DNA of 63,445 bases, the filler included, from Octopus bimaculoides (taxonomy: Eukaryota), in assembly GCF_001194135.2 (NCBI RefSeq). It is 8 parts of 8 records of this genome, joined end to end, with 100 filler letters (N's around TTAATTAATTAA, not from the genome) between each part and the next. Parts side by side here need not be neighbours in the genome. Positions count along the whole stretch, not along the records: positions 31,519 to 54,871 come from NC_068996.1; positions 54,972 to 59,210 come from NC_068985.1; positions 59,311 to 61,620 come from NC_069000.1; positions 61,721 to 63,445 come from NC_068988.1; 4 more parts are not named here. The stretch is one strand, 5' to 3'. Both the position numbers and the translations under genes were made by a program. Positions 52,040-63,445 of this stretch are shown piece after piece. Numbering within the stretch: the first letter of the stretch is position 1; each line of letters opens with the position of its first letter. The notes under the pieces are model-generated. The model saw only the letters and a program-made list of their open reading frames with translations. It was not told the DNA's origin and did no database searches.

Positions 52040-52250
52040 TTGAAACTCTGAAACAAGGGCAGCAATTTTGGAGGAAAGGATTAAGTTGATTACATCTACC
52101 CCAGAGATTAACTGGTAATTATTTTATCGACCTCGAATTGATGGAAGGCAAAATCGACCACGGTGAGATTTGAACTCAAAACGAAAAGACGGACGAAATG
52201 CCACTAAGCATTTTGCCTGACGTGCTAACTGTTCTGCCAGCTCACCACCT
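52040..52250 (-). mobile_element. SINE family A
   Basis: rc head and central domain. Confidence 0.85.
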
Positions 52251-52271
52251 TGATAATAATAACGATAATAA

Positions 52272-52500
52272 GGCGGCGAGATGGCAGAAACGTTAGCACA
52301 CCGGGCGAAATGCTTAGTGATATTTCGGTTGCCGTTATGTTCTGAGTTCAAATTCCGCCGAGGTCGACTTTGCCTTTCATCCTTTCGGGGTCGATAAATT
52401 AAGTACCAGCTACGCACTGGGGTCGATGTAATCGATTTAATCACTTTGTCTGTCCTTGTTTGTTCCCTCTATGTTTAGCCCCTTGTAGGTAATAAAAAAA
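52272..52500 (+). mobile_element. SINE family A full copy
   Basis: GGCGGCGAGATGGCAGAAACG..TAGCCCCTTGT..AATAAA. Confidence 0.9.
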
Positions 52501-52509
52501 AAAAGATAA

Positions 52510-52694
52510 TAATAACGATTTCAAATTTTTCCAAAGGGCCAGGTATTCGGAGGAGCTTGAGTCAATGATATCGACCCCGAAAGAATGAGAGGCAAAGTCG
52601 ATCTCTGCGGAATTTGAACTCAACATGTCAAGGCAAACGTAATGCCGCTCGGTATTTCGTCCGGCGTGCTAACGACTCTGCCAGCTGGCCGTCT
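52510..52694 (-). mobile_element. SINE family A
   Basis: rc head TGCCAGCTGGCCGTC and central domain. Confidence 0.8.
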
Positions 52695-53822
52695 TGGTAG
52701 GTGGAGGTATTGAGACTGAGTACGCAGGGATCAGAGTTACGGTTAAGTGGAAGTGATTAAATGAAAGTGCTTATGCATATGTGTGTGTGCGCGCGCGATT
52801 GTTGTTACTGCAGGTGGTGGTGGGAATATTGAAAGAAGTCGGTGTGCACGTCTACCATTGATGACAACAACAATAATAATAATAATAATTACAACAATAA
52901 TAAAAATAATAATCACTGTTATTGTCAATATGGCAATAAAAATATTGTAATGGCTCTTTATTATTTCTATGTCAGTAATTATAAAGGCAGAAACGGCAAA
53001 TACACATAACAATATTGATTACAGCAACGAAGGCAGCGGTAGTAGCAGCGGTAGTAGCAGCAGCGGCACCAGCAGTAGTAGTAACAGCATCAATAGTTGC
53101 AGCAGCAGCAGCAACATTAGTAGTAGTACTAATTGTTGGTGTTGGTGGTGGCAGAGGGAAGAGACATTTGTGAAAAGTGTGATTTTGGTGTTATCTTTGA
53201 TAACAAAAAAAGTCGATAGTTTGTCATTTTAGCTTTTCTGTTGGTTGGTGAATAGAAGGGTGAAGACGGTATTAGTCACTGAAATCAACTTTAGTGTATT
53301 ACTGGTATTTAGTTTATTGATCCCGGCAAAATCGATATATAATTACTTTACTAGGATTCAGAATAAGTTACCATAACAAAAAATATATTTAAAAAAGAGG
53401 GACTAACGCTCTGATTGGAACCATCTCCAACTACTACAACTATTTGCCACCAGGGCGAAGCATGTATGGGGACAATACAAACACAGACATCGAGAGTGAG
53501 GCTTTACATATAATGAACTGAGTGAAAAAAAAATGGAATGTACTTGTTGCTTGCTTGGTTTGTATTGAGGATTTCTGTTGATTCAATAAATTCTCCCTTC
53601 CATAATGTGCGAATAACAATCCTTATTTAAGGAACTTCAAATCTGGTTACCCCCTAAAAAATTAGTAAATTTGATTTCCGCCAAAAAATATATATCCATG
53701 GGGTATTTTGGTTATCGCATTTACAGCATGAAGTCTATATTAATACTAATTAAGGAATTTTCCCGACGATAAATTAAATCAACAAAGAAAAAAATATTAT
53801 TAGGTTTCTATTCATATCTACT

Positions 53823-54083
53823 GTGGAGGCGCGTGGCTTAGTGGTTAAGGTGTCAGCACCATGATCGTAAGATTGTGGTTTAGATTCCTGGACCGGGCGA
53901 CGCATTGTGTTCTTGAGCAAAACACTTCATTTCACGTTGCTCAAGTCCACTCGGCTGGCAAAAATGAGTAACGCTGTGATGGACTGGCGTCCCGTCCAGC
54001 TGGGGAACACATACACCATTGAAACCTGGAAATCGGGCCCATGAACCTAGCTAGGTTTAAAAGAGCACATTTATTTTTATTTT
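53823..54083 (+). mobile_element. Full-length tRNA/CORE/V-domain-like SINE (family D) with 14-bp TSD
   Basis: tRNA head, CORE-like TGTGTTCTTGAGCAAAACACTT, V-like GTGATGGACTGGCGTCCCGTCCAG; TSD TATTCATATCTACT at 53809-53822 and 54084-54097. Confidence 0.9.
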
Positions 54084-54769
54084 TATTCATATCTACTACG
54101 AGAAAATAAGAAATATAGAAGATTATTATTAGTTAATATAAGCAATAATTTTTTTATATCAATTTTTGTATATCAATTAATTTAAATAAATAAAGGTTGT
54201 TGTATCGAAGATGTTTTTGTTTCTATATATTTTTGTTGCAGTTATACATAGAGGAAGACTTTAACTATAAACATTCATATACACACATATCTTATTGTTG
54301 TATGTGGTGACAAGGACACGAAAGGGCTTCAATTGACGTGATACGTAATGAAGTGAATTTCGAAGGTTGTAGATTGCACTTACTTGGTTGTGTCGTCCGT
54401 TAAAGTTTTCTTGCTCTTTTTTAATTGTAACTGATGTATGATTGAAAAGTTAACGCTCACGCTCATAATACATAGACATTTGAATTAACTTTTACAATCC
54501 AGTCGTCCTTTCACTCGGAATTTCGTCTGTATTTAAACCATGACCCTGAAGTGACTTATATATTGAGGAACTGTTACTATGTATATACTATCAGAAAAAA
54601 AACATATAAGTCGAAACTATATGTAGGCTTTTTATGGTTTTTAATAATTGTTTGTTATATAATATTACGTTATATTATATTCATAGTAAATCATGTAATA
54701 TTATAAATAAATTATTGGATTGCCAATAGTATATCTCTATTTAATTTATCTTTATAAGTATATATATTT

Positions 54770-54815
<46 letters not shown>

Positions 54816-54971
54816 TCTTTTTATTATAGCCACACAGGGCTAAATACAGAAAATGGACAAATTACAATGTANNNNNNNNNNNNNNNNNNNNNNNNNNNNN
54901 NNNNNNNNNNNNNNNTTAATTAATTAANNNNNNNNNNNNNNNNNNNNNNNNNNNNNNNNNNNNNNNNNNNN

Positions 54972-55350
54972 TTCTATGACACTGACATGCAGTGTCTGTG
55001 CAAGGCAAGACCGGGTCTCAGTAAAGCTGGACTTATGAGTCATCTTCGTAGTCATGAAGCAAGACCGATGATTGACTACCAGGCCGCTGGTAATGGTGCT
55101 ACACACCATACTAATCATGTCCGTCGGACATGTGGAAGGGAGTGTGATTCAGCAGGAGGACTTAAACGACACGCAAAGGTACATGGAGCCCAATTACAAC
55201 AACAGCCAGCTATTGCCAGTAAAGGTTTTGGGTGCCAACTCTGTGCAAGACATTGTAGATCTTTGGCTGGGCTAAAAAGTCACATTCGATCACAGCACCG
55301 TTAAGTTAAGCACAATGGCCATACTCGATAACGAGGGGGCAGCCATCATG
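54972..55350 (+). mobile_element. RTE LINE 3' end with three C2H2-like zinc fingers
   Basis: TCSVC..SKAGLMSHLRSH / RTCGRECDSAGGLKRHAKVH / CQLCARHCRSLAGLKSHIRSQH*, then a short 3' UTR. The 5' side is lost in a gap. Confidence 0.75.
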
Positions 55351-55490
55351 CATGTATGTATCTGTAGCGTACACTTGAGTGAAATTCGTCTCCTCTCTAT
55401 TATATATACATACATACGAACGTAGTAGATAGCAGCTTGCCTTTGGCTGCATTTTGGACCCTGTTGTGTCCACTACTCTGATTCGTTGGT

Positions 55491-55620
55491 ATTGGCGCAA
55501 TGTGTCTCTTGCCCTATCGCGCACCAATATGCAACCCAACCAATCGCAGCCTTCAAATAAAGTCACGTGTGACAGCTTGTTTTCTACCTCGGCTGAGCCT
55601 ACAAACTCCTTATAAAAAAC
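55491..55620 (+). promoter_or_regulatory. Pol II promoter-like cassette (CCAAT boxes, E-box, TATA)
   Basis: ATTGG at 55491, CCAAT at 55524 and 55540, GTCACGTGTGAC at 55562-55573, TATAAAA at 55611-55617. Motif-based only. Confidence 0.4.
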
Positions 55621-55944
55621 CTAACTTTTCCTCGTCTCGAGGTCTTTGGTTCCAGACCTTTTAAGGTCTAGCCACTTACCACACAAGACACCGCCAGTTC
55701 CAGCGACAACACAACAGCAGCCACGTGGAGACTCATCAACTTCGTCCAACAGCTTTCAGCGACCTCCATCTCCGCCGCCACCATTCGTCTTAACGAATCT
55801 CTCTACGTACACAACTCAACAAGTAACACACCCAGGTTATAACACTGCACTGTTTGTGAACTACTTCACCATNNNNNNNNNNACACAACTCAACAAGTAA
55901 CACACCCAGGTCATAACACTGCACTGTTTGTGAACTACTTCACC

Positions 55945-56211
55945 ATGGATCAACAGTGAATATACTACCTGCGAGAACTCCTGTACCAAGTGACCCAGGC
56001 AGCAGCATCACAGCCACAACTTCACGTACGACATATACCGCAACCGGCTCTGCGTCATCGCCACAACTTCTTGATACAGTATTTCAACTATCGTGTACAA
56101 TTGACTAGAACTGGTGTTTATCATTCTTGTATCTATGAACTTACTCCTCACTTTGATGGCTATAGACTCTTTCACTATCTCTTCTTCAGCGCCATCCTTA
56201 TAGGTTCTTAA
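55945..56211 (+). pseudogene. Orphan 88-codon reading frame with one in-frame stop (unknown, possibly TE or viral accessory)
   Basis: ACCATGG start context; MDQQ*IYYLRELLYQVTQAAASQPQLHVRH..FSAILIGS*; downstream of the promoter-like cassette. Confidence 0.3.
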
Positions 56212-56522
56212 CACGCATACGTCTATGCCTACATACACACGCATACATCTTATTCTTATGACGGCCTGTCTATTATTCTGTATATACGATGCATACACAA
56301 TCACATATGTTAACATATCAATAAATCTTCTCTTAAACATTCTACCCGGTTGTGTCTCTTATTTCCCTCTGGCACATATATGCATTGTTCTATTTATATT
56401 TATTGTATCGACCGTGTGATGTACTAAAGAGCCATTCTTATCACCTCGCTTCGCTCGGAGATACTCCACAGGTATCTAAACCTTCAAATTCCATTATGTA
56501 TGTATGTATGTATGTATGTATG

Positions 56523-56556
<34 letters not shown>

Positions 56557-56761
56557 TGTATGTATGTATCCCTTTTTCTCTTTCTCCTACACACATACAC
56601 ACACTTATACATATACACCTTTATTTACCCCTATTTCTCATCTACTTTACTTAATTCTCACATTCCATTGCAAAGAGGTTTACGTCTTCTAGAGAAATAT
56701 TTTCCATTGTAATGGAATGTGAGAACATGATAAACATAGTTGAGAGAATGTAGTGATAAAT

Positions 56762-56792
<31 letters not shown>

Positions 56793-59310
56793 GCGGTGAG
56801 AGAGAGAGAGAGTTGGGCGGTAGGTGTCAGGTCCTGTCAGAGTTTGAGTGCCCGATACCTGTCGTTTCGCTTCAATTAACTGCTAAGCGGATTTCTTCAA
56901 AGTTTAATCTACTTTTCAGCTAAAACACACGCACAAAAAAAATAATAAAAGAGCAACACGTAAGTTTCTAATCGAAGCTGCAGTTGGAAATAAATAGATA
57001 GATATTAAGAATTAATAGACACGCATAATATATGTACTACATACATATATTTTGATATATTGACATGTGTGTTTACCTTCGTGTACTCCTAGTATCATTA
57101 GAAAATTTTTTTTCTTTTGACATTGAACGAACACGATAACAATAATTTTACTGTCCTTGCGTGCCTGAAATAAAACTGTGTGTGTGTTTGTGCACTTTCT
57201 CACACACCCACCTCCATACACATATACCGCATAGTTATGTAGTACAAATGTATATAAATAGTAAAGGAAAAACATTGATAAGGACGTTACTGTCATTTCT
57301 TTATTTCTTAAACATTTTCGATACGAAATGGATATATTCACTTGTGTTTTCTGTACCTCTTGTCTATTACTCGGGTGTTCTCCGTTAACTGCGGCATATT
57401 TCAACAAAATAGGTGAGATTCCGTTCTTTATCATTTTAAAAGTGACAAAACTAAAGTGATTTTACTTCTGTTCATTGTCCAACTCACACATTGGCAATTA
57501 TAAATTAGTTTATGTTGTATAAGAGGAGTGTGCGTGCGGCCCAGATGAGATCCCATTTTAGTTCTTCCACTCGTAGTTTTGCCTATGTAATCCTTTCCCC
57601 TATTCCTTAAGTCAATATGGATGACGAACCCCTTGATCCCCTTTGCAGATGTCGGATCTAGTCAGTCTCATTCACAAAATGAGCCCACTTTAATTTTGCT
57701 CAGATTGCTTTCAATTTTGGTGTATCGATGCAACTCTGAATTTTGATTATGAACAACCAATTACTTTATCTCGTAAATTAAAGAATCTGATGTTATTTGA
57801 AATTAAAGTTGGGAAATTTAGGTAATTTTAGCCAATCTAGCGGGAATATTCAAACCAGGAAGTCATTACTGATTAATTATATTTTACTAGAAGTAAACAA
57901 GTCGTTGCTGGACAACTACTAATTCAGGGACATTTAAAACTAACTACCCTACCAGATCTAGTACTAAAAGATCACTAACACCACCACCACCACCACCTCT
58001 ACTACTACTAAAGAGCTATTCTCTGTTTCATTTGAGTTTACATTTTGATACAAGTTCGTTTGTTTACGTTCGGTAAAAAAAAAAAGAGAAATTATTCTTT
58101 AAAAGCCTATTGTACTGTTTTAAATAATTCATTTAGATAAATGTGATTTAATTGCAGGTATTTCCTCTAATTAGATATCATTGATAATTTCACACATTTA
58201 AAGTACATACTGGGTGTCCCAGTATCGGATTTGACATAGATGAACTTTTGTTTTGATGACGATAGTTCAAATTTGACAGAAATTGAGTTTTTAATACAAC
58301 TAGGAAAATATATCGCCTCTTTGTGGAGATATCATGATTGTGTAAGCACGTTTAATGGGCAGAGATAGAAACTGTGATGATCATGCCCCTCCACGAATAT
58401 TATAAGTACAAAATTAGGTGAAACAGTTACAATTGGGAACTGAAACTGAACAGCTTTGAACTAATGAAGGAGCTTCTAGGTGGTTGCTCAACATGCTAGT
58501 AATATAAGTTAAATCTCCATCAGATCATAGCCCCACTATCTTCAAAGTAATAGATATATTAAGTCTGAAATAAAAACTGAGCTGTCGTGCTTGGAGTATC
58601 ATGTTGTGGTGATCCTATAGAAGAAAATGTATGCTCAACATTCAATGACGGATCCAGGGTATAAGGTCACTGGACCTCCTGGAAATTACAGCTGAAATTA
58701 CAGACATCATAACGTCTTATCGAAGTGAATGATACATTTTAGTCATAGAGAAATTAAAAGATGGCATGGTCACGACAGGTGTGTCAAGGCTACGAACCAG
58801 TTTCGAGTCTCGGTGAAATCGCCAAGGAAAATCTTCAGTTACAACCACTTCCCTATTGAAAGAAACACAGACAGACTGTAACCTTTCAAACATTATATAA
58901 AGGCGTGAGAGAGTGTGATTAAGTAGATTTCGAATCCTAGTTGTATTTCATTTCGATCGGTAACGACACCACCATCACTTGTAAGTTAAAGGAACAGCTG
59001 TTAAGCATCATGTCACTTAGGATCAAAGACATTCCAGCCATGCTCATCTCAAGGACTACACTGTCGAATGTATCCTTAAAAAGAAGCGAGGCTGAGTGTG
59101 AGTTGATAAAGTTTTCAGGCCTTGGTTGGCTGCTAATTCCAGCAGATTCATTCATAGGTAAGAAGAGGTACTTAAGCAAATATATACGTTTACATATATA
59201 TATATATATANNNNNNNNNNNNNNNNNNNNNNNNNNNNNNNNNNNNNNNNNNNNTTAATTAATTAANNNNNNNNNNNNNNNNNNNNNNNNNNNNNNNNNN
59301 NNNNNNNNNN

Positions 59311-59347
<37 letters not shown>

Positions 59348-59350
59348 TAC

Positions 59351-59383
<33 letters not shown>

Positions 59384-59705
59384 GGTGGTGAGCCCGCAGA
59401 ATCATTAGCACGTTGGGGAAAATTCTTAGCAGTATTTTGTCTGCCGCTACGTTCTGCGTTCAAATTCGGCCGAGGTCGACTTTACTTTTCATCCTTTCGG
59501 GGGCGATAAATTAAGTACCAGTTAAGTGCTGGGGTCGATCTAATCGACTGGCCCCCTCCCCAAAAGTTTCAGGCCTTGTGCCTGTAGTAGAAATGATTAT
59601 TATTATTATTGTTATATTAAGGCGGCGAGCTGGCAGAAACGTTAGCACACCGGGTGAAATGCTTAGTGGTATTTCGTCTGTCTTTACGTTCTGAGTTCAA
59701 ATTCT
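59384..59705 (+). mobile_element. SINE family A full copy plus a head-only copy
   Basis: Copies at 59384-59595 and 59621-59705. Confidence 0.87.
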
Positions 59706-59707
59706 AG

Positions 59708-59928
59708 CCTCCACCCTCTACACCACTGATGTTATCCAAGGAAAAGGCAAAAGCCGATACAACTTGGCACTGGTGACGTCGCGACTCATTTCTACAGCTG
59801 AGTGAACTGGAGCTACATGAAATGAAGTGTCTTGCTCAAGAACACAACACACAGCCCGGTCCGGTAATCGAACTCACAACTTCACTATCGTAAGCTCGAT
59901 GCTCTAACTACTGAGCCTTGCGCCTTCA
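59708..59928 (-). mobile_element. CORE-type SINE family E
   Basis: rc tRNA head, GTGTCTTGCTCAAGAACACAAC CORE-like segment; homologous to 62745-63045. Confidence 0.82.
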
Positions 59929-60005
59929 CAGACATACATACGCACACATACATACACATACATACGTGCATACAAATATACATACATACATGCATACATA
60001 CATAC

Positions 60006-60540
60006 AGTTCAAGTTTATACATGTAATTATTGGGGCCCTAGGATATGTAACTCACTGCCTAAATACCAATCTTGAGAAATTAGGCTTTTCAAAACCAAAA
60101 AGGAGAAAGCTAATTCGGAAACTACAGATCCAATCCATCACTGGAACTGTAAAAATCTGTAAAACTTTCCAGAAGTTTATCATTTAAATATGTCTAGATA
60201 TGAAACTATATGCATGAGAATACATACATAAAACATACAAATCTGCACATATACATACGTACATACAAACATACATACATACATACAAACATACAAGTTG
60301 TCCACAAAGTCTGGGTACATGGGGATTAACACATACTTTGAGAAACTATTATTTCTTATATTCAATTGTTTATGTTATCATTTTATTTACTCCATGTACT
60401 CAGGCTTTGTGGACACCCTGTACAAACAAAACATACCTTGTTGTTGGTGTTAAATTTCCAATGAAGGAGCCTTGAATCTAGGTTAAAAACCGGTTCTTTC
60501 TCTTTTGGCACGAAATCTTGAATTAAACTGAACAATGACA
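60006..60540 (+). mobile_element. Second RLE non-LTR family, short 3' copy (interrupted by a MITE)
   Basis: VIIGALGYVTHCLNTNLEKLG..LIRKLQIQSITGTVKICKTF* then a 3' UTR homologous to the 40520-41836 copy. (CATA)n on both flanks. Confidence 0.82.
60294..60420. mobile_element. 127-bp Tc1/mariner-type MITE
   Basis: ~30-bp TIRs CAAGTTGTCCACAAAGTCTGGGTACATGGGG / rc CAGGGTGTCCACAAAGCCTGAGTACATGGAG. TA target duplication at 60292-60293 and 60421-60422. Confidence 0.9.
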
Positions 60541-60947
60541 TACATACATACGTGCATACATACATACATACATATATGCATATACGCATTCACAAGTTTT
60601 ACAGATGTAATACGCATATATACGCGTGTGTGTGTGTGTGTGTGTGTGTGTATTGATTAATGTTTGAGTTCAAACCCTGCTAGTAGCATCAATTTGTATC
60701 TCATCCCACTATTAGTAAACAGGAGATAATTGTTATATTCATTTCAATGGGCTACAGCTGTTCCAACATATCATATGTGTGTGGTGTGACTGTGTGTGTG
60801 TTTGTGTGTGTGCAGGTACACATTACATACTACAACAGTCGGTCTAGTGGTCACTAATTGACTGGGGTACACCAAATCCCCTGGAGTGTAATGGACAGGT
60901 CCGACGAGACCGCAGCGGCGGCGGCGACGACGACGGGATTTTTTCCT

Positions 60948-61068
60948 TACTCTTCACTCTTTTTTACTTGTTTCAGCCATTTGACTGCGGCCGAGCTGGA
61001 GCACCGCCATCAATCGAACAAATCGACCCCCAGGACTTATTCTTTGGAAGCCTACTACTTATTCTATC
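60948..61068 (-). mobile_element. SINE family B tail
   Basis: TTTTACTTGTTTCAGCCATTTGACTGCGGCC..GGACTTATTCTTTG. Confidence 0.78.
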
Positions 61069-61720
61069 GCGCACACACATACACATATGTGTGTGCGTAG
61101 TCTGTGTGTGCGTGCGCGCGTGTATGTCTGTGTGCGTGTGCGCGTGTATGTCTGTGTGCGTGTATGTATCTGTGTAAGTATGTGTGTATGCATGTGTGCA
61201 TGCATACATGTATATATGTATGTACGTACGTACGTGCATATGTATTGCGTGTGTAAGGGTGTATGGGTATGGATGAATGTATGTATATATGTATCTATGT
61301 ATGAATGTATGTATGCATGGATGTGTGTGCGTACGTATCTATGTATGCATGCGTGTATGTACGTATGCATGCGTGTATGTACGTATGCATGCGTGTGTGT
61401 GTGTGTATGTATGTACGTATGTATGTGTGTGTGTATGCGCGTGAAAAAGTATGTGCCCCAGATCTGCCTCCTGGCGGTGGATGGTGGCCTTGGAAGAGAT
61501 GAGGTATGTTGTTGATATCAGATAAATATCAGATGTGTGTATAGGGCACGGAAGGAGGTGCTGGAGGAGGAGGAGGAGGAGGAGGAGGAGGAGGAGGAGA
61601 GGATCAGATGTGTATCAGTGNNNNNNNNNNNNNNNNNNNNNNNNNNNNNNNNNNNNNNNNNNNNTTAATTAATTAANNNNNNNNNNNNNNNNNNNNNNNN
61701 NNNNNNNNNNNNNNNNNNNN

Positions 61721-61930
61721 TAAAAATGAGTTGCGACGTCGTTGTTGCTAAGCTATATCGGCCTTTGCCTTTCCCTTCGATAAGATGAGTGGTGTGGAGA
61801 GGGGAGGTTGTTATGCATGGGTGACCGTTGGTCTTCCATAAACAACCCTGCCCGGATTGGTGCCTCGGAAGGTAACTTTCTAGGTGCAATCCCATGGTCA
61901 GTCATCACTGAAGGCAGTCTACCCTTTACA
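61721..61930 (+). mobile_element. SINE family E tail
   Basis: GGCCTTTGCCTTTCCC..GGTCTTCCATAAAC..TGCCCGGA is the reverse complement of the 62745 copy. Confidence 0.75.
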
Positions 61931-61936
61931 CACACA

Positions 61937-61968
<32 letters not shown>

Positions 61969-62744
61969 TACACACACACACACACACATATACATTTTAT
62001 GGTTTATACACTCCTCATGAAATAAGTTAATTGATCGGATCTCCAGGATTTCAGTTGCATGCAGCTCTGCATTATACTCCTCTGTATTAGATTAGTGTGT
62101 GGTCTGTTAGCCGAGTCCGCAAAGGAGCTTTCTGTGATAGTCACATGAATTCCTTTACTATACTACAAAATTATATATTTTTACTGCATATTACTTTATA
62201 TTGTATTCTGCATTTACAAACGAGATGGCATACAGAAAACGAGAAATGAAATTCGTCAGCTAATAAATCTTTAACATCAAGCTTTCATTATATTAAGGCT
62301 GGTTATTAAAGAAAGCCAATTAAGTTTAAAGACTTTTTCACATCAGACATCGGGTTCACTCCCTGCTGAACGCCCACCTTCTATTTTTAATTACTTTAAT
62401 TAATATAATTTAATCTAAATTTCGAGTGTGCCTCTCCAGCCTTTCATGACCAGAATTAATCCTTAAGCTAATAGTTTTCTATTCCTGACACCAGATGTAA
62501 CATTTATTAATTAACTAAAATTAAATATTTACTACGTTAATTATGTTAGTGTCGACTTAACTGGCAGTTGTTATGCTTTGCTGCAAATGCGATATAATCT
62601 CTCCTTGTTAGAAACACTGTCTACCACACGTAGCATTATCAGAGGAATTTGGTAACTATTCCCAATAATTTGTTGAACTGATTTAATGTAGAACAATATG
62701 GTCTACAAGAAGATATAAACTCATGGTCTATCCTGCTAATCCAC

Positions 62745-63045
62745 CAGCTAGATTGCAGCTAGATTGCACCCACCGAAGTACAAATCCGGGCAAAGTGGTT
62801 TATGGAAGACCAGCAGTCGTCCATGCATACCAGCCTCCCATCTCCACGCCACCAGTGTTATCCAAGGGAAAAGCAAAGGCTGATACAACTTAGCACCAGT
62901 GACATCGTACCTCATTTCTACAGATGAATGAACTGGAGCAACGTGAAATGAAATGTGTTCCTCAAGAACATAACACACAGCCCGGTTCTGGAATCGAACT
63001 CACTACCTCGTGATTGTAAGCCCGCTGCTATAACCACTGAGCACC
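62745..63045 (-). mobile_element. CORE-type SINE family E
   Basis: Collinear with 59708-59928; the tail is the reverse complement of 61721-61930. Confidence 0.82.
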
Positions 63046-63445
63046 TCAACTTATATTTCTAAAAGACAACCAAAACCAAATCTAGCATCCATAAATCATT
63101 TGAATTTTATATCTTCTAAATTTTGACCAATGACTTTCAGTTTTCCACTCCAAGTGTTTTCGAGTACTTAGCACTTAAAATTAACTTAAGTTGCTGAATT
63201 ATATTTTAAACTGAAATGGATTAGCATTTCATACCAACGAAAGCCAAAAATAAACCCGTTATTCATTTACGCACTTCCAACTACTGAACGCTTCGGTAAA
63301 CCTCAGCTACATGAATCATTAAAGACTTAACTCTCTTTTTCTCCCCCTCCTCCTCTCTCACTAACTCACTCACTTTCTTTCTTTCTTACCCAGTATGTAT
63401 GTATGTATGTATGTATGTATCTATCTATCTATCTATCTATATATA

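Noticed and set aside
55810-55946. ~60-bp near-identical direct repeat either side of a 10-N gap
   Set aside because: Probably a contig overlap or haplotype artefact (one mismatch); cannot be called a true tandem repeat without reads.
56840-56905. TGAAGA..GCTT/AAGC-GAAACG hammerhead-like pattern on the minus strand
   Set aside because: Core is non-canonical, with an unpaired insertion before stem II and no valid cleavage triplet or stem I.
62265-62355. CTGATG..GAAAGCTT hammerhead-like pattern on the minus strand
   Set aside because: The core reads CTGATGTG and stem I strands are not complementary.

Overview
AT-rich eukaryotic DNA that is extremely rich in microsatellites and broken by many N gaps. 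The SINE families and simple-repeat load suggest a coleoid cephalopod, most likely Octopus (inference). No intact cellular gene is recognisable; the ORF track is mostly microsatellite/N artefact or transposon debris, so the window is probably intronic or intergenic. It contains: about 30 tRNA-derived SINE copies from five families; decayed non-LTR retrotransposons (RTE-like, plus two families encoding a restriction-like endonuclease [RLE]); a near-complete Tc1 element; an internally deleted maT/mariner-like element; several MITE, foldback and Helentron-like elements; and Penelope-like fragments. Best leads: (1) a near-canonical minimal hammerhead ribozyme at 15068-15148 (-) with up to three further degenerate hammerhead motifs within about 6 kb, one of them at the 3' end of a tRNA-headed SINE-like unit; (2) RLE retrotransposons repeatedly sitting in particular microsatellites, (TAA)n for one family and (CATA)n for the other; (3) RTE copies ending in a multi-C2H2 zinc-finger tail; (4) a CCAAT/E-box/TATA promoter-like cassette ahead of an orphan ORF at about 55.5-56.2 kb; (5) a duplicated ~280 bp unit carrying a splice-site-flanked 37-nt candidate exon. 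Family names come from motif recognition, not database searches, and most element boundaries are approximate.
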